Origin: an uncultured Thermoleophilia bacterium | GTDB taxonomy: Bacteria > Actinomycetota > Thermoleophilia > UBA2241 | Direction: 5' to 3' | NCBI GenBank assembly: GCA_963705085.1 | Contig: CAVPIV010000004.1 | Coordinates: forward strand, 794,193-858,192 | DNA: 64,000 nucleotides | Shown here: one piece after another, positions 1 to 14,230 of the stretch | How the letters are laid out: every line of letters begins with the position of its first letter | Position numbering within the stretch: the first letter of the stretch is position 1 | Position numbers and translations under genes: made by a program | Notes under the pieces: generated by a model | The model's database searches: none | What the model was told of the DNA's origin: nothing | Seen by the model: the letters and a program-made list of their open reading frames with translations, nothing else

Positions 1-1502
1 AGCTTGTCCGCCTCCTCCTGGAGCATGCGCTGGACGGGGATGCCGGTCCACGAGCTGACGATCGAGGCGATGTCGTCGGCGTCGACGGTCGCGTCGGCGA
101 TGCCCTTGTCGGCGAGCCACGCGTCCTTGGCGGTGATGAACGTCGCCTGGATCTTGTCGGTCTGCTCCTTGAGCTGGGCGGCCCGCTCGTAGTTCTGCTC
201 CTGCACCGCGACCGCGCCCTCCCGGGCGAGCTCCTGCAGGCTCAGCTCCATCTCGCGCAGGTCCGGGGGCAGCATCGTTGATTCGATGCGCAGCTTGCTC
301 GCCGCCTCGTCGAGCAGGTCGATCGCCTTGTCGGGCAGGAACCGGTCGCTGATGTAGCGGTCCGACAGGCCCGCGGCGGCGGCCAGCGCCTCGTCGGTGA
401 TCTTCACCTTGTGGTGGGCCTCATACTTGTCGCGCAGGCCCTCGAGGATGGCGACCGTCTGCTCGACGCTCGGCTCGCCGACCATGATCGGCTGGAAGCG
501 CCGCTCGAGGGCGGCGTCCTTCTCGATGTGCGCGCGGTACTCGTCGAGGGTTGTGGCCCCGATGCACTGCAGCTCTCCGCGGGCGAGCATGGGCTTCATC
601 ATGTTGGAGGCGTCCATGGCGCCCTCGGCCGCGCCCGCGCCGACGACCGTGTGCAACTCGTCGATGAAGAGCACCACATCCCTGGAGCGCTGGATCTCGT
701 CGAGGGCGCCCTTGAGCCGTTCCTCGAACTCGCCCCGGTACTTGGCGCCGGCGATCATGCCGCCGAGATCGAGGGCGAGCACCCGTTTGTTGCGCAGCAG
801 CTCGGGGACGTCGACGGCGACGATCTTCTGGGCCAGACCGTCGGCGATCGCCGTCTTGCCAACACCTGGCTCGCCGATCAGAACCGGGTTGTTCTTCGTC
901 CGGCGGCTGAGCACTTGGATGACGCGCTTGATCTCGGCGTCGCGACCGATCACAGGGTCGAGCCGGCCCTCGCGCGCCATCGCCGTGAGGTCGCGTGTGT
1001 ACTTCTTCAGCATGCTCTCGCCGGTCGCGTGCGCCTCGTAGTCCTCGCCCGTAGAGCGAACCCCGGCGAGCGCCCGGCGCAGCGCCTCCTCCGTCATGCC
1101 GGCGTCACGGAGGATCGCGCTCCCCGGCCCCTCGCCCTCGAGGAACACTCCGAGCAGCAGATGCTCTGTGCCGACGAACTCGTCGCCGAGCTTCTGCGCC
1201 TCCTGCACGGCCAGGTCGAGCGCCGCCTTGGCGCGCGGCGTCATGTAGAGCATCTCGCCCTGCCCGCCGGGCGCGCGACTGCCCAACGCCTGGTTCTGGG
1301 CGATCTGGTTGGCGCGAACCATCACGGCGCCCTTGTCAATGGCGAGGAGGTTGAGGATCTGCTCGACGACGCCACCGGGCAGACTGAGCACGCCGACAAG
1401 AAGGTGTTCCGTGCCGAGCACGTTGCCCGGACCGCGGCGCACGACCCCCTGGGCCGTCTCGATGGCTTCACGGGCGCGTTCTGAGAACTTGTTCACATCC
1501 AT
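1..1502 (-). CDS. clpB: ClpB chaperone (AAA+ disaggregase), N-terminal ~500 aa; C-terminus runs off the window start
   Basis: Minus-strand translation from ATG 1502: [15 protein letters not shown], two Clp_N repeats, Walker A GEPGVGKT, coiled-coil middle domain ([13 protein letters not shown]) truncated at position 1. Confidence 0.9.
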   Translation of the reverse strand, partial: MDVNKFSERAREAIETAQGVVRRGPGNVLGTEHLLVGVLSLPGGVVEQILNLLAIDKGAVMVRANQIAQNQALGSRAPGGQGEMLYMTPRAKAALDLAVQEAQKLGDEFVGTEHLLLGVFLEGEGPGSAILRDAGMTEEALRRALAGVRSTGEDYEAHATGESMLKKYTRDLTAMAREGRLDPVIGRDAEIKRVIQVLSRRTKNNPVLIGEPGVGKTAIADGLAQKIVAVDVPELLRNKRVLALDLGGMIAGAKYRGEFEERLKGALDEIQRSRDVVLFIDELHTVVGAGAAEGAMDASNMMKPMLARGELQCIGATTLDEYRAHIEKDAALERRFQPIMVGEPSVEQTVAILEGLRDKYEAHHKVKITDEALAAAAGLSDRYISDRFLPDKAIDLLDEAASKLRIESTMLPPDLREMELSLQELAREGAVAVQEQNYERAAQLKEQTDKIQATFITAKDAWLADKGIADATVDADDIASIVSSWTGIPVQRMLQEEADK

Positions 1503-1526
1503 GGGTGACGCCCTTGCATCTGTGGT

Positions 1527-1979
1527 TCACGCACCCCGCCGGCGCCTGCGGCCCAGCGGGATGATCTGGGTCTTGTTCATGGGCACCAGCTCAAAGCGAT
1601 GCTCCTTCTCCACGCGCTCGACTTCGAGGCGCATGGCGAGCGCCGCCTCGGCAAGACCCGCCCGGAGCGTCTCGACCTCGCGGGCGAGGGCGTCCAGCTC
1701 GGCCTCGAGGGCCAGGACGCGCTCGACGCCAGCCAGGTTGAGTCCCAGGTCGGTCAGCTCCTGGATGCGGCGCAGGCGCTCGACGTCGCGCCCCGAGTAG
1801 CGCCGCGTATTCTTCGCCGTACGCTGCGGGAACACGAGACCGCGACGCTCGTACAGGCGCAGCGTCTGCGGGTGCATCCCCGAGAGTTCCGCCGCCACCG
1901 AGATGAGGAACAGCGGCTGCTGTGTCTGGTCCTCCCAGCCGGGAGGAGTCGGTCTCTGTCCGCGCCGCGGCATGGCCAC
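1527..1979 (-). CDS. hspR: HspR, MerR-family heat-shock repressor
   Basis: VAAELSGMHPQTLRLYERRGLV helix-turn-helix motif; lies directly downstream of dnaJ as in actinobacterial dnaK operons. Confidence 0.85.
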   Translation of the reverse strand: MAMPRRGQRPTPPGWEDQTQQPLFLISVAAELSGMHPQTLRLYERRGLVFPQRTAKNTRRYSGRDVERLRRIQELTDLGLNLAGVERVLALEAELDALAREVETLRAGLAEAALAMRLEVERVEKEHRFELVPMNKTQIIPLGRRRRRGA

Positions 1980-1983
1980 CCAC

Positions 1984-3120
1984 CTACCTCAGTAGATCCG
2001 CGCGCGGATCGGGGAGAGTCGCACCGATTTGTTCGAAGAGCTCGCGCTGCTCCCTGCTCAGCTTCTCGGGCACCTCCAGCCGCAGGCGCACCAGGAGGTC
2101 GCCGTGACCGCCCTTGAGCTTGGGCGCGCCCTTGCCCCGCAAGCGGAAGGTGCGCCCGTCCTGACTGCCGGCGGGGACCTTGAGCGAGACCTTGCCCTTG
2201 CCCGGCGTGGGGATCCCGATGCGCGCCCCGAGCGCCGCCTCGGCAATCGTCACGGGCAGCTCGAGGACGACGTCGTCGCCACGACGGTCGAAAAGCTCGT
2301 CCTCCTCGACCCTGACGACGACGTAGAGGTCGCCGGCAGGTCCGCCGCGCGGCCCCGCCTCGCCCTTGCCCTTGATGCGGATGCGGCTGCCGTCCTTGAC
2401 CCCCGCGGGGATCTTGACCTCGTAGCGCCGCGTCTTCTCCTGGACTCCGGTGCCGCGACAGGTCGGGCACGGGTTCTCGATGATCGTCCCTTGGCCTTGG
2501 CAGCGAGGACAGACCTGCGACAGCGCGAAGGGCCCCTGGTTGCGAGCCACGACGCCGCGCCCCTGACACTCGGGACACACCTTCGGTGTGGTACCAGGCC
2601 TCGCGCCGCTACCGCGACAGGTCTCGCAGGGGACGGACTTCTCGACGGGGACACGCACCGTCGCGCCGTGCAGCGAGTCGTCGAACGACACGGTGACGTT
2701 GACCTGCAGATCGGCGCCCCGCTCGGGGCCGCGCCGGCGGCCCCGAGCGCCGCCGCCGAACAGACTGCCCAGGATGTCGCCCAGATCGCCCATGTCGAAC
2801 TGGGCGCCGCCCTGGCCGAACATGCTCGGGTCGAAGCCCTCGTAGCCGGCGCCGGGGCGGAAGCCGCCGGCGCCGGGGCGGAAGCCGCCGGCGCCCGGGC
2901 CAAAGGCCCCCAGCCGGCTCAGCTCGTCGTACTGCTTACGCTTCTCCGCGTCGGAGAGCGTCTCGTACGCCTGGCTGATCTCCTTGAACTTCTCCTCGGC
3001 CGCCTTGTCGCCCGGGTTCTTGTCCGGATGGTGCTCGCGCGCCAGGCTGCGAAACGCCTTCTTGATCTCGTCCTGCGAGGCGTTCTTGGAGACGCCGAGT
3101 GTCTGGTAGAAGTCGCCCAT
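1984..3120 (-). CDS. dnaJ: DnaJ co-chaperone
   Basis: J-domain with HPDKN, Gly/Phe-rich linker, four CxxCxGxG zinc-finger repeats. Confidence 0.95.
   Translation of the reverse strand: MGDFYQTLGVSKNASQDEIKKAFRSLAREHHPDKNPGDKAAEEKFKEISQAYETLSDAEKRKQYDELSRLGAFGPGAGGFRPGAGGFRPGAGYEGFDPSMFGQGGAQFDMGDLGDILGSLFGGGARGRRRGPERGADLQVNVTVSFDDSLHGATVRVPVEKSVPCETCRGSGARPGTTPKVCPECQGRGVVARNQGPFALSQVCPRCQGQGTIIENPCPTCRGTGVQEKTRRYEVKIPAGVKDGSRIRIKGKGEAGPRGGPAGDLYVVVRVEEDELFDRRGDDVVLELPVTIAEAALGARIGIPTPGKGKVSLKVPAGSQDGRTFRLRGKGAPKLKGGHGDLLVRLRLEVPEKLSREQRELFEQIGATLPDPRADLLR
2845..2901. repeat. 21-nt tandem coding repeat (about 2.7 copies) in the DnaJ Gly/Phe-rich linker
   Basis: gccggcgccggggcggaagcc repeated back to back; encodes FRPGAGG units. 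Confidence 0.6.
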
Positions 3121-3123
3121 GCG

Positions 3124-3681
3124 CTAGCGGGACACGATGACCTTGGCCGGGCGCAGCAGTCTGCCGTGCAGCAGGTAGCCGCGCTCCACGACCTGGAGGA
3201 TCGTACCCTCCTCCTCGTCTTCGGACTCCTGGGTCAGGATCGCCTCGTGAACGCTGGGATCGAACGCCGTTCCTGGCTGGACGTCGAACTCATCGAGCCC
3301 GTGGCCGGCCAGGGTGCCGGTCAGCTGGTCGGCCACGAGGCGCAAGCCCGCGATGAGCTGGCCCTCCTCGTGCCGATCCGCGGCCTGCAGGGCCCGGCCC
3401 AGGTTGTCGACGACGGGGAGCAGGGACTCGACGACGGCCTCAGCAGCCCGCAGGCGCAGGTCATCGTTCTCGCGCTGCACCCGCTTGCGGTAGTTGTCGA
3501 ACTCCGCCTGCAGACGGCGCAGATGGTCGAGGTACTCGTCGCGCTCGCCGGATACCCGGGCGAGCTCGTCCGCCTGCTCGATGGCACTGTCGTCGGTCCC
3601 CGTCGTCGCATCGGTCTCCGGCTCTTCGACGGCGGGCTCCTGCCGGGGCGCGCTCTTGCCACTCTTCTTCCTGTCGGCCAT
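3124..3681 (-). CDS. grpE: GrpE nucleotide-exchange factor
   Basis: DEYLDHLRRLQAEFDNYRKRVQRE GrpE signature; 3-nt gap to dnaJ. Confidence 0.9.
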   Translation of the reverse strand: MADRKKSGKSAPRQEPAVEEPETDATTGTDDSAIEQADELARVSGERDEYLDHLRRLQAEFDNYRKRVQRENDDLRLRAAEAVVESLLPVVDNLGRALQAADRHEEGQLIAGLRLVADQLTGTLAGHGLDEFDVQPGTAFDPSVHEAILTQESEDEEEGTILQVVERGYLLHGRLLRPAKVIVSR

Positions 3682-3756
3682 GTCTGTCCCTGTGATCGTG
3701 GTCGCGGCGGGCGCGCCGCGCCTCCCGGCGTCGCGCGCCCGCCCTCCCCGGTTGTC

Positions 3757-7214
<3,458 letters not shown>

Positions 7215-7304
7215 CGTGACGCGAGTCTATAATCGAGACCTGTGGACGTCGAGTCTTGCTCCGCCGCCACACGACAAGCCGCACGACCTCGCCGAGGAGG
7301 GCGC

Positions 7305-7703
7305 ATGCAGTCGTTCGAGGTCCAGACCACCCGCCGCGCCGTGTTCGTCGACATTACGGAGCGTCTTGCGAAGGCGGCCCGCGAGCTCGGCGTCGAGGAT
7401 GGCGCCCTGCTCGCCTTCGTGCCTCACACGACGGCCGGCATCACCATCAACGAGAATGCCGACCCGTCGGTGCGGGCCGACCTCGAGATGACGCTCGAGC
7501 ACCTCGCCCCGGAGACGCTCCCCTACACGCACGCCGAGGGCAACTCCGACGCCCACCTCAAGGCCAGCCTCGTCGGCAGCAGCGTGCTCCTCCCCATCGT
7601 GGGCGGGCGCCTCACCCTGGGCACGTGGCAGGGCGTCTACTTCGCGGAGTTCGACGGCCCGCGGCGGCGCCGAGTCTGGGTGAGCGCCCTGACCGGTGTC
7701 TGA
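7305..7703 (+). CDS. yjbQ: YjbQ/UPF0047 family protein (secondary thiamine-phosphate synthase-like)
   Basis: MQSFEVQTTRRAVFVDITE...HTTAGITINENADPSV...GTWQGVYFAEFDGPR; SD GAGGAGG before ATG. Confidence 0.8.
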   Translation: MQSFEVQTTRRAVFVDITERLAKAARELGVEDGALLAFVPHTTAGITINENADPSVRADLEMTLEHLAPETLPYTHAEGNSDAHLKASLVGSSVLLPIVGGRLTLGTWQGVYFAEFDGPRRRRVWVSALTGV

Positions 7704-7722
7704 GCGACGCCCGCGCCGCTAG

Positions 7723-9243
7723 CTAGCGGCCCAGAGCCCGCTCGATGTGATGCTTGAGCGGGTCGGCGTCCAGCCGCCCGCCGCCGTGCTTGAGCAGCAA
7801 CCGCTCGGCGGGGTAGTGCTGACCGTCGGACCAGAGCTCCTTGAGCCAATCCGCCGCCGCCGGCTGACCGAACCACTCCATGCCGTGGCGGTCCTGAAGC
7901 ATCATCCGCAGGGCGCCCTCGAAGAGCCACGCCCGCAGGTAGGAGGCACAGTAGAAGCCGTCGTCCACGTCGACGAGGTAGCTCTGCGCGGGGACATCGA
8001 TAAGGAGCGCGGCGCTGAGGCGCCGCGCGTAGGCGGCCGGCATGTCGTCCAGCGGCCCCGTCTGGGCATGGAGTTCCGTCTCGTAGGCTAGCTTGGCGAT
8101 GTAGCGGCGTATGAAGTACAGATCGTTGACGTTGGCGAAGCGCAAGAAGTCGTCGGCGTCGCTGAACCCGAGCGTGACGTCCAGCCAGCGGCGGCTGAAG
8201 GCCAGGTGCTCGAAGAGGAACGCGAAGGCCTCGGTGACGGCGTTGTCGCCCAGGTGGCGGTACTCGAACGCGAGGTCGGGACGCACGTGCGCGAAGTGCT
8301 CGGTGTGTCCGGCCTCGTGGAGCAGCGTCGCGTAGTCGTCCTGGCCGCCCTGCGGCAGGACGACGAGGTAGATCTCCTCGGGGACGCGCACGGGCGAGCA
8401 GAAGGCGCGGGGGGTCTTGAGGGGCCGGACGTCGGTGTCGAGGTGCACGTTGCGCTGCGCGTCCAGATCGATGTCGAGACCGGCCAGCGTGCTCCGCAGA
8501 GCCGGCACGAGGCCGTCGGCAGTGAACACGTGGTCGTAGTCGCGCGCCCGCCAGAGGTACGGCAGGTCGGCGTAGCGCAGCTTGCTGAGCGGCACGCCGA
8601 GTCGCTCGCGAGTAAGGGCGTCCATGACCCGCTCGTAGAGCCCCGCCGTGTCGATGAGGAAGCCCTCCAGCTCTGCCCGAAGGCGCGTGTAGTCGAGTCC
8701 TTTGACCTCGGAGTAGAGCTCCATGTAGTTGGGGTATCCCAAGCCGGCCGCGAGGTCATGGCACTGGCGCCAGTACCGGTCCAGGAGCGGGTTGAGCCGC
8801 TCGGCGACCGCGGCGAGTCTCGCCTCCTGGATGCGCTCGCGGCGCCCCGCGTCCGCCTCGTTGGCCTGGACCACACCCGCCTGGCGGAGGCCGATCGCCT
8901 CGCCGTCCACCAGGATCTGCGCGGCGCCCTCGGTGTTGGCGATCTCGTCGCTCAGGTGCTTCGTCTGCTCCCCCATGTAGCCGTCGACGTTGAAGGCGAG
9001 CAGGTACGCGAGCCGGCGCTTCTCGTCGTCGACGGCCGGCTCGTACAGCTCGTTGAGGCGCACGAAGGTCTCTTGCGTGAACAGCTCGGGGTAGCGGTCG
9101 TACACCGGCGCCGCCTCGCACGTCTGCTTCTGCCCCGAAAAGTGCCGGTAGTACTCCGTGTCGAGCTCGCAGATGAACTCCTCGGCGCGCCGCCGGTAGG
9201 TGTCGAGATCGAGGTTCGTCACAGGGCTCTCCTTGCGCCGCAC
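7723..9243 (-). CDS. Zinc metallopeptidase, M3/PepF-like oligoendopeptidase
   Basis: 506 aa with HEAGHTEH HExxH motif and downstream Glu; overall PepF-like architecture. Confidence 0.6.
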   Translation of the reverse strand: MRRKESPVTNLDLDTYRRRAEEFICELDTEYYRHFSGQKQTCEAAPVYDRYPELFTQETFVRLNELYEPAVDDEKRRLAYLLAFNVDGYMGEQTKHLSDEIANTEGAAQILVDGEAIGLRQAGVVQANEADAGRRERIQEARLAAVAERLNPLLDRYWRQCHDLAAGLGYPNYMELYSEVKGLDYTRLRAELEGFLIDTAGLYERVMDALTRERLGVPLSKLRYADLPYLWRARDYDHVFTADGLVPALRSTLAGLDIDLDAQRNVHLDTDVRPLKTPRAFCSPVRVPEEIYLVVLPQGGQDDYATLLHEAGHTEHFAHVRPDLAFEYRHLGDNAVTEAFAFLFEHLAFSRRWLDVTLGFSDADDFLRFANVNDLYFIRRYIAKLAYETELHAQTGPLDDMPAAYARRLSAALLIDVPAQSYLVDVDDGFYCASYLRAWLFEGALRMMLQDRHGMEWFGQPAAADWLKELWSDGQHYPAERLLLKHGGGRLDADPLKHHIERALGR

Positions 9244-9380
9244 GTGTGGCGGCCGCCTCGCCGCCCGAGCTGACCCCCACTGTACCAGCTCGCACGCCCG
9301 GCGGGCAGGCTCGGGAAGCGCCGCGAGGTAGACAATCGCAACGGTTCGCCGCGCTCGCGCCCTGCCGCTAGACTGGCCCG

Positions 9381-10769
9381 GTGGCGCCCCGCAGCGGAGA
9401 CACCCTCGACCTGACCGTCGACACGCTGGCCTATGGCGGCCAGGGGGTCGCGCGGGTCGACGACTTCGTCGTCTTCGTGCGCGGTGCCGTGCCGGGCGAT
9501 CGCGTGCGGGCCCGCGTGACCAAGCGCAAACGGAGCTACGCCGAGGCGCGGATCGTCGAGATCCTCACCCCCTCCCCGCGCCGCCTTCCCGCCGTTTGCC
9601 CTCACGCGGCGGAGTGCGGGGGTTGCGAGTGGCAGACCCTCGCCTACGACGCCCAGCTCGAGTTCAAGGAGCGCCAGGTCGTCGATTCGCTGACACGGCT
9701 GGGGCGTCTGACGGACTTCGACCTCGACCCCATCTGCGGCATGGCCGATCCCTGGCGCTATCGCAACAAGATGGAGTTCTCCTTCGGCGAGGACGAGGAC
9801 GGCAGGCCGGCGCTCGGTCTGCATCGCCGGGGCTCCTGGAGCGAGATCGTCGACACGCCGGGCTGCCTGCTCGCCTCTGGACGCATGATGGCCGCGCGCG
9901 CGGCGACGGCCCGAGCGAGCCGCGAACTCGGGCTGGCGCCCTACTCGCGCGAGCGAGGCGCCGGCCTCCTGCGGCACCTCGTCGTCCGCGAGGGCCGGAC
10001 CAGCGGCGACCTGCTGCTCAACCTCTTCGTCACGGCGCGGTTCGCGCAGGAGCAGGCACTGGCCGAGCGAGTGACGGCGGACACCGGCTGCACGTCCTTC
10101 GGCGTCACCGTCAACGCCAGCCCGGCCGACGCCGCGGTCGGCGAGGGGCCCTTCCTGCTGCTCGGACCGGACTACCTGCGCGAGCGACTGGCCGGCGTCG
10201 ATCTCCGGGTGCCGGCCACCGCCTTCCTGCAGACCAACAGCGCCATGTGCGAGGTCCTCTACGCGACCGCCCTGGCCTTCGCGGCGCCAGACCCCGAGCG
10301 CCCGGCCGTCGACCTCTACTGCGGCATCGGCTCCCTCAGCCTGCCGCTCGCCCGGCGGGCCAGCGAGGTCCAGGCCGTCGAGATCCAGGAGGAGGCGATC
10401 ACGGCGGCCCGCGAGAACGCCGGCCTCAACGGGATCACGAACGTCGCCTTCCACGCCCGTGACGTGCGGCCTCTGCTCAAGTTCCCGCCGCACCCGGTGC
10501 TCGACGCCGCCCGCGGCGACGAGTCCCAGCGTCCCGCCGCCCTCATCGTCGACCCACCCCGCGCGGGTATGGCCCGCAAGGCGCTGCAGCGCGCGGCGGC
10601 CCTCGGCGCGGACAGGTTCGTCTACGTCTCCTGCAATCCGACGACGCTGGCCGGCAACGGCGCGGAACTGGCGCAGCTCGGCTACGGTCTCAGGCGCGTG
10701 GCCCCGGTCGACATGTTCCCGCAGACGCACCACATCGAGACGGTGGCGCTCTTCGTCCGGGAGTCGTAG
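9381..10769 (+). CDS. rlmD: 23S rRNA (uracil-5)-methyltransferase RlmD/RumA
   Basis: N-terminal TRAM domain, 4Fe-4S Cys cluster (CPHAAECGGCEWQ), SAM-MTase motifs DLYCGIG and C-terminal VSCNP; GTG start. Confidence 0.85.
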   Translation: MAPRSGDTLDLTVDTLAYGGQGVARVDDFVVFVRGAVPGDRVRARVTKRKRSYAEARIVEILTPSPRRLPAVCPHAAECGGCEWQTLAYDAQLEFKERQVVDSLTRLGRLTDFDLDPICGMADPWRYRNKMEFSFGEDEDGRPALGLHRRGSWSEIVDTPGCLLASGRMMAARAATARASRELGLAPYSRERGAGLLRHLVVREGRTSGDLLLNLFVTARFAQEQALAERVTADTGCTSFGVTVNASPADAAVGEGPFLLLGPDYLRERLAGVDLRVPATAFLQTNSAMCEVLYATALAFAAPDPERPAVDLYCGIGSLSLPLARRASEVQAVEIQEEAITAARENAGLNGITNVAFHARDVRPLLKFPPHPVLDAARGDESQRPAALIVDPPRAGMARKALQRAAALGADRFVYVSCNPTTLAGNGAELAQLGYGLRRVAPVDMFPQTHHIETVALFVRES

Positions 10770-10790
10770 GGCGGATCTGGATGCGCCCGC

Positions 10791-11663
10791 TCAGTCTCGC
10801 GAGGCGGGCCGTTCCCCGACCGATCGCAGGCCTGCGATCGGTTCCAGTCTCGCCGTCCCCGCCGCCATCGGGAACTCCGTCGACGGCACGACCGCGTCGT
10901 TCACGAAGTGGTCGAGGTTCGCGGCGATGAAGAAGAGCCCGAGCACCGGCAGAACCGGGAGCACGCCCGTCGAGAGCGCCGCCAGGAACACCAGCGTCAC
11001 CGACAACACCATCGCGACGGCACTGGCCGACTCGCGGAGCCCAAACCGCCGGGCGGCGCCGAGGTAGAGCGCGAAGAAGAGGATGTCGCTGACGCCAATG
11101 GCCGAACGCGCCTCGTTCAGCGAGTAGCCAGACCACGCGATGGCCAGGGTGAACCCACCGATCATCTCGGGGCTGCGATCGAGCAGCACCCTCGTCGGTC
11201 CCATGAGCACGCTCCCGATGTCGGCGAACGACGACGCCAGGACGAACAGGACGATCCAGCTCCTGGCGGCCATCCCCTGCGCCAGCCAGAGGCCCAGAAC
11301 CGCCGCCAGGAGCACCTTGGCGAGATTGGCCAGAGGGATCGCGTGGAAGGCGATCATGAGCATGGCGAACGGCAGAATGACGGCCGCCACGAGCAGCAGA
11401 TGGTGCCCGTACGCGTCAAGCGTCGCCATCCCCCAGAGGACGATGACGACGAGCGTCAGCGAGACGAGCGCTGAGAGGACCGCGTTGGTGTCGTCGGGGA
11501 GGCGCGGCAGGTAGTGACTCCCGTAGCCCCACGCGACCAGGAGGGCACCTGCGGCGACCGCACACCGCTGGCGAGGCGAGAGATCAGTACGGCGGAATGC
11601 TGTCGTACCATTCGCCGAGCCGACGAAACGCCCGCCAGAAATCGGCCTTGAGTCTCTGCTCAT
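10791..11663 (-). CDS. Hypothetical polytopic membrane protein (start uncertain; N-terminus overlaps UDG 3' end)
   Basis: Multiple hydrophobic helices; ORF 10791-11675. Confidence 0.45.
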   Translation of the reverse strand: MSRDSRPISGGRFVGSANGTTAFRRTDLSPRQRCAVAAGALLVAWGYGSHYLPRLPDDTNAVLSALVSLTLVVIVLWGMATLDAYGHHLLLVAAVILPFAMLMIAFHAIPLANLAKVLLAAVLGLWLAQGMAARSWIVLFVLASSFADIGSVLMGPTRVLLDRSPEMIGGFTLAIAWSGYSLNEARSAIGVSDILFFALYLGAARRFGLRESASAVAMVLSVTLVFLAALSTGVLPVLPVLGLFFIAANLDHFVNDAVVPSTEFPMAAGTARLEPIAGLRSVGERPASRD

Positions 11664-12186
11664 CGAGGGACGCATCGATGTCCGGCGTCACCAGAACCTG
11701 GGTTCCCGGCGTGAACTCCACGATCTCGCCGGGCTTGTACTCAAGGGGACGTCCGAGCGGCACCCCAGCCCTGTTGAGGGCCGCCACGGCCTCCTCTCCC
11801 ATGACCACTATAAGCTTTGGACTGACGGTTGCAAGCTCCCGGCGGAGGTGCTCCAGGCAGCGCTCCTCCGGCTTCTCCCCGTGCACGTCGCCGCACTTGA
11901 CGACGTTGGTGCCGTAGAGCTGCAACGGGTCGATCTTGAGACGCTGGCAGCTCTTCATCAGCGCCGCCCCGGAACGACCGAAGAACGCCACGCCCTCGTG
12001 CAGCTCTGAGGGCCGCGCCTGGTACTTGAGCAGGAAGATGTCGGCCATGGGGTGGCCGGAGCCGATGACGGGCATCGTGCGAGCGTGGCGGCAGCGCGTG
12101 CACCGCAGGATCTCGCCGGTGAGATCGTTGATCTCCGAGATGGCTCTGGTCAGGTACTTGTCGTAGATCTCGTTCGGCTGGGCCAC
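11584..12186 (-). CDS. udg: Uracil-DNA glycosylase, family 4 (4Fe-4S)
   Basis: CTRCRHARTMPV, GSGHPMADIFLL, NVVKCGD motifs. Confidence 0.85.
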   Translation of the reverse strand: MAQPNEIYDKYLTRAISEINDLTGEILRCTRCRHARTMPVIGSGHPMADIFLLKYQARPSELHEGVAFFGRSGAALMKSCQRLKIDPLQLYGTNVVKCGDVHGEKPEERCLEHLRRELATVSPKLIVVMGEEAVAALNRAGVPLGRPLEYKPGEIVEFTPGTQVLVTPDIDASLDEQRLKADFWRAFRRLGEWYDSIPPY

Positions 12187-12260
12187 GCGATACCTCTGCT
12201 CGGGTTGTCGCTAAGGTAGTTCGCCGTCGGTGGCGCGAATCCCTCGCGCTCGTCGGGCTC

Positions 12261-13061
12261 TCAAACGTCCCCGGACCATGACTCGGGAGGCCGCTGCTGG
12301 TCGCTCCTGGGCGGCCCAGCCAGCGTGGTCTGGAGGAGCTTGAGGGACTGCAGGTAGAGCAGGCTGCGCGGATGACGCACGACACGGCTCTCGGCCAGAG
12401 CCCCCACGAAATCGTCGGGTCCCTCGAAGTCGTCCATACCGCACAGAGCGGTGCCGATCCCGGGCAGCACGTGGGAGTCGCTGCCGGCCGCCGCGGGAAT
12501 GCGGTAGCGCACGGCGAACTGCTCCGCGAGCTCGTTGAACCCCGGGAAGGCCAGCCGCGAGTTGAACACCTCGATCACGTCGATGTCGGCGACGTTGGCC
12601 CGCAGGACACGAGGGCTGGGGATCGTGTGCAGCCGGTCGAACGGATGAGGCACGTACACGATGCCGCCCTGCTCCTTGATCGCGGCGATCGTCTCGGCAA
12701 AGGTCATGCCGCCGGGGATGGTCCTCTCGAGGAAGAGCCCGATCACCTCGCCCTCGCTGCTCTTGACCTCCTCGCCCACGATGACGCGCACGCCGTAGCG
12801 ACCGGCGATCTCGCGCGCCTCCAGACCTCCCTCGGCTGTGTCGTGATCGGTGATCGCGACGACGTCGAGGCCGACCTCGCGAGCACGCTCGAGGATGTCG
12901 GCCACGGGCATCACGCAGTCCTTGCTGTGGTGCGAGTGGATGTGGAAGTCGGCGAAGATCTCGCGCTGCTGACGGCAGGCGACGCGGAAGAGGCCGGCGA
13001 CGGCGCGCGGCCACTTCGTCGTAGATTCCCTCGATCTCGCCGGCGACGCGATCCCAGTCAT
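12261..13061 (-). CDS. PHP-domain metal-dependent phosphoesterase
   Basis: HIHSHHSKD, AITDHD, HP..DSH PHP motifs; ATGA overlap with upstream glycosyltransferase. Confidence 0.8.
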   Translation of the reverse strand: MTGIASPARSRESTTKWPRAVAGLFRVACRQQREIFADFHIHSHHSKDCVMPVADILERAREVGLDVVAITDHDTAEGGLEAREIAGRYGVRVIVGEEVKSSEGEVIGLFLERTIPGGMTFAETIAAIKEQGGIVYVPHPFDRLHTIPSPRVLRANVADIDVIEVFNSRLAFPGFNELAEQFAVRYRIPAAAGSDSHVLPGIGTALCGMDDFEGPDDFVGALAESRVVRHPRSLLYLQSLKLLQTTLAGPPRSDQQRPPESWSGDV

Positions 13062-14175
13062 AGCGCCGCGCAGCTGTCCTGCGCCGCGGCCGCGAGCCGG
13101 GAGCGCAGGTCGCCGTCGTCGAGCAGGCGCTGGATGGCCCGCGCCAGCAGTCGCGGCCGGCGCGGCGGCGTCAGGATGCCGTTGACCCCGTCGCGCACGA
13201 CCTCGTCGTAGCCGGGCAACTGGGACGCGACCACGACGTCGCCGCTGGCCATGGCCTCGAGCAGAGCCATGCCCGCAGTCTCCGGCCCGAGCGAGGGCGC
13301 GCAGAAGACGTCGGCGCGCCGGTATAGGTCGGCCACCTCCTCTTCCGAGACGCGGCCGTGGAAGGTGACCCGGCCGTCGAACGCCGGCGGGATCAGGCTG
13401 GCGAAGCGCCACTTCTGGTCGTCGGCGCCGCACACGTCGAGCACGAGTTCGGCGGCGCGATGCTCGAGCAGGCGGAGCGCCCGCAGCAACACGGTGAGCC
13501 CCTTGCGCCGCGAGTCGGCGGCCGCGAAGAGCAGGCGCAGAGGGCCCTGCTGTCTGCCGTCGCCAGGCCGGAACAGGCCCAGGTCGACGCCCGGCGGGAT
13601 CACCCGGTAGGCGCCCGGGAAGACCGCCGCCGCGACGTCTCGCGACGCCTGCGACGACGCGATGGCGGCATCGAGCGAATCGAACAGGCGGCGGAGCTGC
13701 GGACGCGTCGCCCAGAAGGGCTTGAGCAGCTCGGAGTTGGCGTGGAACGTCGCCACCAGCGGGCAGTTGGCGTGGCGCAGCGTAGTCCAGCCCACGCCCG
13801 GCACGAACGGCTCGATCAAGTGCAGCACGTCGAAGTCCTCGGCCTCGAGCAGGACGTCGACGTTGGCGATCAGGTCGGCCGGGGCAGCGATGAGCCTGAT
13901 CTCCTTGCTGTAGGGCACGCGGTAGGTCTCGCCCGGCGAAGAAGTAAGCGCGGCGAGGGCTCGCCCGCCACGAACACCGTCTCACGCTCGCCGGTGAGAA
14001 CGGCCTGTACCCGCCGCCGCGCCTCGTCGAGCTGGCCGCGGTCGCCGCTCGGCGCGATGACCGTCACGCAGTGGCCGCGCGCCGCCAGGCGACCGGCGAG
14101 ATCGCGCACCTGCCGGTTCACGCCGGACGGCTCCGTCCAGGCGTAGGGCGTCAGGATTCCTATCTTGCGCCGCAT
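13058..14175 (-). CDS. GT4 glycosyltransferase, PimA-like, interrupted by a 32-bp insertion (frameshift)
   Basis: N-terminus MRRKIGILTPYAWTEPSGVNRQVRDLA..ETVFVAGE in one frame, TYRVPYSKEIRLIAAP..DFDVLHLIEP..GT1 C-domain (EAMASGDVVVAS) in another; removing 32 nt restores a PimA-like join. Confidence 0.8.
13928..13967. other. 32-bp insertion with flanking 8-bp direct repeat CTCGCCCG inside the PimA-like gene
   Basis: ctcgcccg-gcgaagaagtaagcgcggcgaggg-ctcgcccg; the insert is comparatively AT-rich. Confidence 0.6.
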
Positions 14176-14230
14176 ACCTCGTATGGTACCGCACCGGCCG
14201 GCTGGAGCCGGAACGGGCGACGGCGGTCGA

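Noticed and set aside
7228-7233. Perfect TATAAT between divergent DUF4388 and yjbQ genes
   Set aside because: No convincing -35 element at 16-18 nt; could serve either gene; left as unassigned.
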